From: Catajapyx aquilonaris
Lineage: Eukaryota
NCBI GenBank assembly: GCA_000934665.2
Contig: JYFJ02001976.1
Location: 1 to 64,000, forward strand
Direction of reading: 5' to 3'
DNA: 64,000 bases
Shown here: piece after piece, positions 53,620-64,000 of the stretch
How the letters are laid out: every line of letters begins with the position of its first letter
Numbering within the stretch: position 1 is the first letter of the stretch
Position numbers and translations under genes: made by a program
The notes under the pieces: model-generated
Seen by the model: only the letters and a program-made list of their open reading frames with translations
Databases searched by the model: none
Told to the model about the DNA's origin: nothing

Positions 53620-54060
53620 AAGAAGTATCCTGCCCTGACACACACTAAATCAAAAGCATGGTGAAAAACACGGGCAATTCATGCGCCCAAGAATATTTTG
53701 ACAATAGGGATAGGCGTACCTGCATATGAAAATGGCTATTTTCACAACAAGAATCATGAAACACTCAAACAATAACCAAATAACTGCCAGTATCAAAACG
53801 CCAACGCAAAACACTATAAGAACAAACCCAACATAATATTTTAAGAAACACTATGATACGACCAGCAATACTAACCCAACACCACAATATATCGACATCC
53901 ATAACACTAATATCAAAAAGAGGAAGACAAAAGAGTTCATTCATGATTAATAGCCTACCATGCATATTTACACCAAATCCAACAAAATACCGATTAACTA
54001 ATTAATCAAAATATACGACGTGTACAGCACCAAAAAAACACAAATTTTAACAAACTAGTA
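53620..54060 (+). pseudogene. Degraded Penelope-like retroelement fragment
   Basis: A/C-rich strand bias. Fragments SCPDTH, KSMV, AYENGY and SLPCI occur in the order of the Penelope motifs SCHP..HK..F.SM, IA.ENGY and LPY. Confidence 0.4.
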
Positions 54061-55804
54061 GGCCTGTAATAATTTTTACCAATTTTAATGTCAAGTGACT
54101 TCAGACGTAGCTCGTATACTGTACGAGCCTGTTTCTAGTGTCGCGAGAGGTAAAAGATGGTGTAGCCTACCATTAATATACAGAAGAAACAGTACTACTT
54201 TCCTCATACTAAGTGAGCTTTGAACAACCATCTTGACGTCAATTAAAGCATTCCTTGCATATGCTGACATATAAGATGAATGTAGCTCTAAATATTTGCG
54301 GTTGGGGCTCTTTTCTCCCTCATTCCTTGCGCTCATAAACATAAAGGAAGTTATTTATCAATCCAGCGAAATAAAACTCACAATTATAGCCTGCCCCACC
54401 ATCCATACATAACCAGGCTGCCTGAAAATATGAATCCTATAACTTGGCTATAGTCTTGCAATCTCAGTGTAGTAATACTGCTGGAACAATGGCACGGAAA
54501 TGGAAGACAATCTGGATTCTTGGCGATGTGCTTGGAATATTTTCAGGAGGCCATGCACTCCTAATAAGCCCGTTTCCTCGGTGCTCTAAGAAAATAAAAA
54601 TTGAGGTCTCTTTACTTCGCATGCTCTCCCCGTACATTTATACACACGGATGGACGGAAGCACGGACGTATACTGATGCAGTTCCTTTTCATGTCCCTAT
54701 GAGTGGGCTTGATTCAAAGCCCTTTTGTGGCCTCATTTTCTTGGCTGGCAAGGGGAAAAGGCCTTTGGAGGAATTTAATTATGCGCTTATTTTTACAGCC
54801 AGTATTTTGTGTATGCGCGCGCTTCTCTCTCTAGATCTATTCCTTCATTTTTCAGTCCCTATACGACAAAAATAACCTGCATGGAAGCAAGCGAGGTCTA
54901 CTGATGCATATGGACAGTTGCAGCTGCGCCACCTGCAGCCATATGCGACCCTAGTCAAAAGGTTTAACAAATTTGACTAATTTTTCAATTTAGAGAATGT
55001 TATTTTCAATTGGCAAATATTAGAAGTTGAACTGCAAATTTACCTAAACCGATTTTTAATGATCTGCAATCCCTATACTGCCTGGGCCCCTTTCTCAGAA
55101 ATATCTCGAATTTCTGTGAAATTGTGGCCTACGTTGATCATGCATAAGTCACAATTTTCTGATATAGAGAAGACGACTTGTGACTGATGAAGAGGGAAGG
55201 AGGGAAAGGGTAGAGGGAGAGACCTTGCCACAAGCAGTCCCTGCTGGGAAGCCTTTCAAATCCCGGTCCGGAGTTGATCCCTGCTCAAAATGGTCCCTTC
55301 ATGTCGACGCCGAGCAATTATTGAGTGCTGGAAACGGCGCACAGAATTGCCTCCCGACCAAGTACAAAGTGTCCCCATTCTACTTATTGAATCCAACAAC
55401 ATCTGAGCCTATAGATCGCGTCTGCCTAATCACAGAAATCGACGACGCGACGTCACGACCTCAGCACAGCTTGAATGTCACGGGATATTTATTTATTCGC
55501 ATAATTATTAAACTCTCGTGACTCGGGGTACATTTATCGCGTGCGGAAGGACAAAGGATTATTCTCTCTGGAAAATTTGTAATACGAGCTCAATATTCTA
55601 ATATAGAGGGACAGCCTTTTCACCAAAATCAGAGCAATTGAGGAGATGCTCGAAAATAATTTTCCAAAACCATCTACTGCAGGGAGCACAAGTCTGTGAA
55701 CATGCAAGCTTCCAACCAGGCGATTGTATTCTCAATTTGACGGTGTTATGTAATAATGGGTTAACCCACAAAAATGTTAAAATTGAGCTAAGCCCAGAAA
55801 CATA

Positions 55805-56201
55805 CAGGGTGATCCAACTTTATCGCCCCAACAGTTATTGGAAAAATCGCATAAGCTGCTACCTTTTAAGCAGCTATTAGCTAAGAGTTGCTTTCTCGAG
55901 TATTTGGAATAACACCTGCTGATATTAGGTCCGATGCCCAGGTACCAATTAATGAGGGAAACAAGGTTCACTCGTGGGAAACAGGTCGTCTGCCGGGTTG
56001 TGAATGGCCAATCGCGAGGGGTCGGATGCGAACTGTTGCGACCCTGAAATGGAAAGGTGTCATCATGGGCATTGGACCTAATATCAGCAGGTGCTATTCC
56101 AGATACTCGAGAAAGTAACTCTTAGCAAGTAGCTGCTTCAAAAGTAGCAGCTTACGCGATTTTTACAATAACTGTTGGGGCGATAAAGTTGGATCACCCT
56201 G
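55805..56201. mobile_element. Tc1/mariner-type MITE
   Basis: TA-CAGGGTGATCCAACTTTATCGCCCC...GGGGCGATAAAGTTGGATCACCCTG-TA with ~136-bp arms. Confidence 0.93.
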
Positions 56202-59200
56202 TATATTCCCAAAGGATCCTACTTGATTGAGTTAAAATCACGCTGGTGAAATCTGCATACTTCTGCCATAAATTAATTTCACAGGTATGACCTTCAAAGC
56301 CCCTTTTCTCAAAACTGTTCTCATGTGGGTTGACTCATTATTGCATAACACCGTACAATTGTGGGGTACGTTTGTTTAGGCTGACATATTTTATCCATGT
56401 TGTCTTACTGTGTTTTGGACGATTTATATCAGTGGCATACAATTTGTTCGTATATTCACCACAATAAGGTCACGATCAGTAAACAAAGTACGGAGCAGAC
56501 ACTTTCACAATAGTAATAATCGAAGATCATCAATAATGTGCAAGTCGAGGGCTTCAGAAAAGTACAGAGGCTCCCAAACGAAGCCCGCCTCTAAAGTCGT
56601 TAATCAAGTCATAGATCCTCGTTTCCATCCTGCCAAGATGCATTCTGGCCCCTCACCGTCAAAACAGCTTGGTTAACCAGCTGTACGACCTGGAAAATGA
56701 AGTTTCCTATGGCGAAATCGAGTTGATTAGAAATTGCAGACTTTTTTCTCTCCACTGACGTCATCAAAATCTATCATCTTACGCCAGAAGGGTTATGCTC
56801 CGTTTCACTCTGATAACGTGTTAACAACTGTTTTCCCAGCTTCCTCTCTGTCGACTAAATCGATTTTTCAATAATTTCGCACATGGGAATGGTATAAATG
56901 AGGATAATCCGAGCTGCAGATAGAGCACCCTTCAATCTTCTCATCCGTCCTGAAGCCCCATTTCTGTGATAATATTGACTCCTTCAAACCCTTCCTCCGA
57001 TGCCACTCCCTATTTTTTAATCTATAGACATACACATTTTGGACATAAAGTCAGCCATGCTACTACATTGGCCCTTTCATGGCGGGAAATTGAATTTTAC
57101 TTTCTGACAGTGCTCATGAGTGATAAGCCTTCAGGACTATCTCGGTGGTTAGGACACACAGGAAATTAATCACTGCTAATCAGCTCTCCCCACCCAGATA
57201 TAGGACCAATCATATATTCAGAAAGTTTAGCCATAACTCCACCTGTTACTTCCTTCATCGCCATAACGGCCAACAAAGCCTAAAAATATTTGTATGATTT
57301 GCAACTCAGAGTCAGGGCGTGGGTTTGTACAGCCCTGAAAGACTGGTATAGAATGCAAGTCTGCGTGGAAATCAAAGTGATTCAGAGTGAGTGAGATAGG
57401 ATGAGGCAGATATTTGTGGCAGAGGAAGTCGGGGCGGGCAGGAAGGGAGCAAGAGGCGCATATTTCACGTGGAAATTGAGGTGCAGAACTGCAGATTTCC
57501 GTCGGAGCAAAGGGGAGGGAGAAGAGGGAGAGGGAGAGGGGAGAAGGGGGGAGGGAGGAGACGGGACTTCGGAGCATCTTCTTTATACCGCGGAGATGCA
57601 GAAGAAAAAGTGGAATGATTTAAAGCCCGGGAGCGCGGTCCTTTGACAATGCCATTGCCATCGCAAGTTGGGTGTCAGTCCCAGGCGCGGTTGATAATGC
57701 GCCAAATTTGTCACTTATCGGAAGTTAGCCGGATCAACAAAAAATATCTGGCTTTTAGTCATGGAAAACTGTCTTCTTTTGAGTCTCAAAGATTCAATAA
57801 ATATAGATTAGTTTATTTTCCACTCGTATATCATCGCAGGTTACTTTATTTGACATTTATTGCTTGTGAAATTCCATCTAGCCCATCATTTCACATCCAC
57901 GGAAGTGAAAGCATTACTTGCAAAAACCTATCACTAATTTTCTGTTTGCTAAAAGTTCTAGAATTGAAAACCAAATTTGATGCCTAATATTGCATATTCA
58001 TGCAGTGTTAATATCCGTCTCGGGTTATTGGCACTCTGATTCACTCGCATTGACTTTGATGTGGAAAAAAGCAGCAGCAATTGGGTCACCGTCAAGTTTG
58101 TGTACCCAGAGCGATGACTCCTCTGCAAACTTTTCCTCATCGCCAAGTTGGTGGCCTACTTTAACTGTGACTAGCAGGCGACCGAATTTGTATCAAGACT
58201 CAATCAGTTTCATTCGTAACAAACAGCTTGATTCGCTGCATTTTAATGTCGTCAAGCCTAGTTCTTTATGCGGGCGGATCTTCTCACAGGGTCTGTTTAC
58301 CACACCCGAGTCTCTCAGAAGAAAAAAAAAATGTGAAAAGGAGGTTGGAAAGGAGGAGAAGGGGAGAAAAAACGGAAAAGGAAAAAAAGGGAGAAGAAGA
58401 AAACGAAGGTGGAGAAGATATTTTTCTTTCACTTTCTGGGAGGCGGCTGGATGCGGACTCTCACTGAATAGAAATTGGAATTTTTTTGTGTCTCTGCGCT
58501 ATTTTGTCGCTGAGACCTTGCCGACTGTAACCAGCCGAAGATAATTGGATATTGGGAATTCAGCCAGGGACACTCCTGTCGACTCATCGCCATGTTCATA
58601 GTTACAATTCGATTTCATCGCGCTCCTGATTGGCCCCATACATCATCTGTATAATTTCCCTTCCATTACCAACTTAAATGGCCATTTATTTTGAATCTGT
58701 AATTGAGGCGTCAGAAAATGGCTGCTTTGCTTGTTACAGGCTACTACTTGTAAACTAAAATCAAAGCGAGAAAATGTGCGTGGCAAACAAACAAGTTCAT
58801 AGACGTGCTGACGATCAAGGCACATGAATCACCACCAAATGGGTCATAAAGTCAAACTATGCTAGACGACACACGTGAGTGGTCACTACAATTCATTTAC
58901 AACACCATACATGCATAATAACTTTTTAGCACGTCTGGCGGTTCAATAGTCATCCTTCAGGCCATTCAAAACATCCAACGTGAGACACGATTGCATATAT
59001 GCAAAGTGTATCGATTAGTGCGTATATTCTCCACCTCTCGACTCTCTGTAGCATAACGTTGCTACTTTTATCTAATATTGCTTCTCATCAGTGACGATCT
59101 CTCATAAACACCGTATTGCAATGCTGTAGCCAACTCATTGTTGCTTCGAGTTAGCTTTTATTTTTTTAATCAATTTCAAAGGTTTTAAGGTCTCTTTCTG

Positions 59201-59979
59201 TTTGTCAGAAATATAGCCTACGTACCTTCGAGTAATGAATTGATGCGAATATTTTAAATCGCATGAACTCATTTAACGTCACCACCGATAAAAAACGTGG
59301 ACGTTGCTTAATTTTCCAGCCACTTCTCAGGAAACTATACATATGCAAGTAAAGGATTACTATCCATAACATTAGTCCAGCACTGGAAGCACCCAGGCGT
59401 GTCTAACCTAGTCCTGGTCGGAATTAACCTCATTACCCCCTTTTTGCTCGTGCACATAGTTATCGGCTTACTTTGTTACCTCATTGTTCACCTACTAAGG
59501 GTCCACCGCAAAGATAATAAATTAATTAAGCTGTAAAATGATATCTCTTCACTTTTCACTATAGTTGCCTCCGTCAGCCAAAATATTGGATTGGCCGATG
59601 CACACTGTAAAGCACAAAGAACTTGAATGGCGAAGTAACTCCTCATCTGCAATAGTAGTGCGACCATTTTCATTACAGATAAAATGAGCATAAAAGTCCA
59701 AAAACCTCCTGATGAGGCCTGAAAGTGTGACTCTCACATTAGTAGCTCGTTAACTGAAAAGTTAGAGCTGTCCAGATGAGTGATTGAAAATAACGAAGCG
59801 CAAGACTTTCTGCGCAGCATACGAGTGAACTGCGCAAGAGTAAAAATCAAATTGATGTGTGTGCATGGTCATGCTTTGGACAATCGGGGGATGAGGGTGG
59901 AGACTATGTAAAACGTAAAGCGCATCGAACAAAATGGGAGCAAGGGGAAAGCGGTGACACGAATCCATCCATCTAAGCT

Positions 59980-60390
59980 GCAACATCTGCCTGGATGTCA
60001 TCCGGCGAGTGAGGGTTGGATTTATGAGGAGGCTCCTGGCTGGTGAGGTTGGAGAAAATATGCCATCCCGTGGGGAAGACGCAGTCTGCTGTATGTATAT
60101 CCTGCTACTTGGCTAGGCAGCGGTTGCCTGGCAGAGCGTCATTGGAGATATGATGGAGTGTTGGGGGGTTGCCTGCACAGCTATTCTTCTGGCCTCACAT
60201 CCGGTCGCAGATGCGAGTGCAAAGCTCTGTCTGCTTCCAGCTGCCGATGCTTCTATTCCTATGCGCAGATGTCAATGGCGTCATTCGTCTTACAATTCAC
60301 GTACCGAGTCTTCCCTCTACCAGGCCATTTTGGAAGATTGGAAGCCTCCATGCACTTTCCAGCCTCTCACATCATTGCACGTGGAAAATG
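59980..60390. pseudogene. Two convergent degraded RTE-like LINE 3' fragments
   Basis: The + strand gives LDVIRR..GFMRRLLAGEVG and the - strand gives KVHG...GRGKTRYVN...LEADRA, both similar to GHV.R...ILEGKVEG.R.RGRP..R. Confidence 0.3.
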
Positions 60391-60909
60391 TTGACTCGCT
60401 TTTTCAACCCAGATCTCAGCTCATTCCTATTCCCTGACCAAGATTACGTTTACTCCTTGTGTTCAACTCACACTGACTTCTTTGGGAGTTGTAGGTTGTT
60501 GCACAGTATTAACCCTGTACAGGGCACTGTGGCTTGAGGGCAACAATATATTAATTTGCGCAAGCGCCATAAGCTTTAACGTTGGTCCTGGAAACCAGTG
60601 TGGCTTGATGTCACAGTTAGTTTGTTAGCTTCCGCTAGATGACAAGCAATGTCGACAATGATACGATCAGGATACCGTATGAAGCGGAGAGAAGCCAAGG
60701 TCATTGAAAATGGCGCGAAATTTGAATTTGCTGAAGCAGCAATACATTGTTTCTGGATCTGATTAGATATAGGTGCAGATATTAAATATCCAATTACATG
60801 TGTAAACTGCAAAGAGTAGCTCTCTCGTCGCCATTTGCGGCACATTCTAATTTTGCCAGCACAATTTCCTCAAAAAATTTTGGCGGCGCGGCGCAGGCAC
60901 AATGTTGCT

Positions 60910-61626
60910 TGAGGTTTGAGTCCTAAGCCATTGTGCGTATTTTTATTCAAAAACGGTAACACGTACAGATTTGACCATTACTACGTTTTTAAGGTCCGGC
61001 GATTACAGTTTGGACTGGAATATAGATGGCCCCGAGATCTCAAGGGGAGCCGGTAAACGAAAGGGGATCGTGACCCCCCCCCCTCCCACCCCGAGCTGCA
61101 TGCGGCGGTGGAAAGGTGGGGGCCATGGCCTTAGAATACTTCGGTCTGGTAACTCCCTCTTATCGCCTGACGGGGCGATTTGAGGGAGGTGCTCACTTGA
61201 AAGCGCCTGTCTCTGATGTAAATACATGTGGCGACCCTACCGTACAGTGCTGAACTCACGTAGAAGGAAAGAGTTGGTCAAAATTAAGAATCTCATATGA
61301 GATTCTTAATTTAGACCAACTCTTTCCTTCTCCGTGAGTTCAGCGCTGTCCGGTAGGGTCGCCACATGTATTTACATTAGAGACAGGCGCTTTCAAGTGA
61401 GCACCTCCCGCAAAACGCAGGCGATAAAAACTGATTATAGTGGGAGTGTCCGGGGGGCTGGTGGGGGTTATGATCACCTTAAGTTTTCTGGCTCCCCTGG
61501 ATGCCATCTATATAATTATATCAGATCAAATTGTAATAGCCGGATCTTCAAAATTTAGCAAAGGTCATCTCTGTATGTGTTACTGTTTTTTAATTTAAAA
61601 AATACTCGCCATGACTTTTGACTCAG
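60910..61626. mobile_element. mariner-type MITE (same family as 30794-31747), diverged ends, hosting a nested element
   Basis: Arms share GCGTATTTTT..AAAAACGGTA, TCCGGCGATTACA, GGGGATCGTGACCC and CAGATCAAATTGTAAT.GCCGGATCTTCAAAA...AGCAAAGGTCATCTCTGT with the 30.8-31.7 kb copy. Confidence 0.8.
61124..61460. mobile_element. hAT-like hairpin element with asymmetric ends (CAGCCC group), nested, opposite orientation to 20690-21058
   Basis: TSD GTGGGGGC / GTGGGGGT (61116-61123 / 61461-61468); ends CATGGCCTTAGAATACT and ...GTGTCCGGGGGGCTG; spacer-less palindrome centred on CATATG. Confidence 0.85.
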
Positions 61627-61959
61627 TCCAACTTCAAAGTAATTGGGTCAGAGATGACCAAAACATAATAAAAACCATCCTTACGTCGCATATGATGAGA
61701 AAAAGGCGTTAGAATATTTTTCTTCCCAAAATCCTAAATGTGTGCAGTACAGGGTTAAGGACCAACCAGATCTGTGACAAGATCAGTTATTTCCATCTTT
61801 ACAGAAATATGTTACTCTGTAGCACATCATGTCACTGATGGAGGACAGTACAGGGCGAGAAATCATATATGGCCACCCTTGGCTGGCATTTTTCTTTCAG
61901 ATGCTAACACCCGGGCGGAAAACCCTATTTTTATATCCGTGTAAATACGGTACAGAAGA

Positions 61960-62545
61960 GTGCGAATCCATCTTCCCGGCTGACATCTTCCCATTTCGGC
62001 GCTATGTGCCCTCCTTTCAGCACAATTCATCAAGTACGGAGACGTCCTCTGTTCTCTCCCTCTGGGGATCTATCCAGGACTATTCCCTGGAAACCCTCTA
62101 AAACACTTGATGCGATTTCCACCCATAATGCTCCCCTTATTTCCCTCGGACGCTCCTCTTTCACATCCTTGCTTCCAACAAAGGGCTCTCCAAAAGCCGC
62201 CCATTTGCCAAACTAAATCGAAACTTCCGTCGCGGACAATCCTGAACGATCACGTATGAGGAGGGAAGTAGGAAAGAGGGGGAAGGCGCGAGGGGAGGTC
62301 ACTCACAAGAAAAGGGGAGGAAATGAGACAAAAAGGAGGAGAGCGATTCATGAAAGTTTCGAATACAGACGATGACGTCGCTGTTCAGGGATTGTTGAAG
62401 GAGAATACTGAGTAGCAAATGGAGAAGACAAAAAGGAGGAAGTGAGGAGGACGACTTGAAATCGGGAAAAAAGTGGAGATAGAACCTGGGGGAAGAAAAA
62501 ACACTCTCAGGAGCTTTTGCATTGTGAGAGTCACTTGATACGGAC
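61960..62545. pseudogene. Degraded RTE-like LINE fragments in opposite orientations
   Basis: The + strand from 62393 gives C*RRILSSKW...GEEKTL (cf. CWRRIL.I.W...GEER.L). The - strand ~62200-61960 gives VLEG...PRGR...AEMGR (cf. ILEGKVEG..PRGR...EMKRLA). Confidence 0.4.
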
Positions 62546-64000
62546 TTCAGAAATAAAAAAGGAAAGATTTGAGTGCAAGTCCTATTGACTCATTTCTAAG
62601 AAAGCACTTAAAAATTCTCCAGCGCTAACTGAAATTATATGCTAATAATCGTTGAATGCTGCAAAGAAAAATCCGGATGAAGAGAGAAGTCCCCTAAAAT
62701 GTAAATATTTTTCCTTGGACTACTTTTCTTAATTGCACGTACAGCGTATGCAATACTGCATCTTGATACAGTACATGAAGAGGGTTGGGAATCCTTTGGA
62801 ATAATCGAGTTATTATTTTAGTAGCATGTGTTAATTTTGTCGTCGTAGGACGATTAAAATACTGTAGTTTAAAATTAATATGAAAAATTAATTGGACCCA
62901 ATTTCCTTTTCTGATATTAGCTACAATCTCCACTAATATTATCGCGGATTGCAGGTAAATCTAGATTTATTGGTGTATTTTATTTATCAGTATACAAATT
63001 ATAACGTAAATTGTGTACTGCAACACAGTGTATGCGTGTTAATATTTGCTCACTTTGTAGCAAATAACGAACAGGAAAATGACTGCTCGTGTTTAGCATT
63101 CAGCCATTGGATTTATCCAGAATACGCAGAACAAAGTCGATGAAACATAATTTGAGTACAACCGTATGAAAGGTAGCCGAAATGCACAGAGTTGCCTTAT
63201 GAAGTACTCCACTTAGTTAATTCGTATTCACGTCCACCATACGGACACGAGCAGAAGTTGGTGAAAAAATAACAATGAAGGGGGTTCCCAAAGGGCCAAA
63301 GTGTACTCTGGACGGTTTGTCCACACTCCAGGCTGATTTAATTTAGTCCTCTAGCAGACTGAGGGGTAGGGGGGGACCCCATAATTTTCAAATAAGAGAG
63401 TGAAAGGGCCGGGACAGCGTAGTTGGAAACAAAGTGGCCAACTTTCCTTGCACAGGAGGCCGACCACACAGGATCGGTGCGAATAGGTCTATGAAAGACC
63501 AGCTTACATCTTACCCACGGTTGGTCTAGCCTCTCAATTTGCTCACAACCCTCTCTAAGGTTTGCAGCTAGAAAGATTTATATTGTACCAGATTTATACC
63601 TTTAATTTGAATGAGGCATGGAGCCATCGTGTAATAATGTTTTGCGAATTTCAACTCTAAAATATTGTGAAATGCAGAGATACCGAATGTGGTTTAGTGT
63701 ACATTTTGAGGTGAAATAAATCGTGAAAGATTGCGAGGAAGTGGGCGGAGGCTTGAGTCGGAAAGTTGCAATAGAATTCGTGTCATTCTTCCTCCATTCC
63801 TTTTGGCAGCTAAACTGAAATCGGGCCTAGATTGTGGTGAACACGAATAGTCGATAGAGGATTTGCTGTGGGTGGGGAGAGGCGGGTGAGTCCAGGGAAA
63901 TGGTGGAGTCAGACGTTGGTGGTGACCTGGAATACTCCGCTACAGAGATCCGAAGCTTGATATGCTTTCCGTTCCATCTAACTCTTCTTGAACCGATTCC

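Noticed and set aside
53760..54060. Strand-biased A/C-rich tract suggesting a NUMT
   Set aside because: No mitochondrial gene motif recognised; better explained as a Penelope-like remnant.
57990..58544. Longest ORF (184 aa) and the other ORF-track entries
   Set aside because: No recognisable domain. They are open because of purine-rich low-complexity tracts, microsatellites (poly-Y/L, ER repeats) or SINE/MITE sequence.
59700..59740. CTGATGAGGCCTGAAA hammerhead-like core
   Set aside because: Stem I cannot form and stem II/III are minimal.

Overview
Non-coding, repeat-rich animal genomic DNA, most consistent with a large-genome arthropod intron or intergenic region (inference from the SINE and MITE types). 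I found no intact protein-coding gene, rRNA, true tRNA or CRISPR array, and the ORF track is almost entirely spurious. The window holds more than 20 non-autonomous DNA transposons (Tc1/mariner, pogo/Tigger, hAT, CACTA-like, Harbinger-like, MULE-like). It also holds an Academ-derived foldback element with a recognisable ORF remnant, two tRNA-derived SINE families that share 3' modules, a solo LTR, and heavily degraded LINE/Penelope/transposase fragments. Three structures stand out. (1) A CAGCCC-terminated, 8-bp-TSD hairpin element group whose three copies all sit inside other MITEs, two of them within about 5 bp of the same homologous position of one mariner-MITE family. (2) A 690-bp two-tailed composite SINE bounded by one perfect 16-bp TSD. 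(3) An Academ element rebuilt from two inverted copies of the same end. Family assignments come from recalled terminal and protein motifs, not from database searches.
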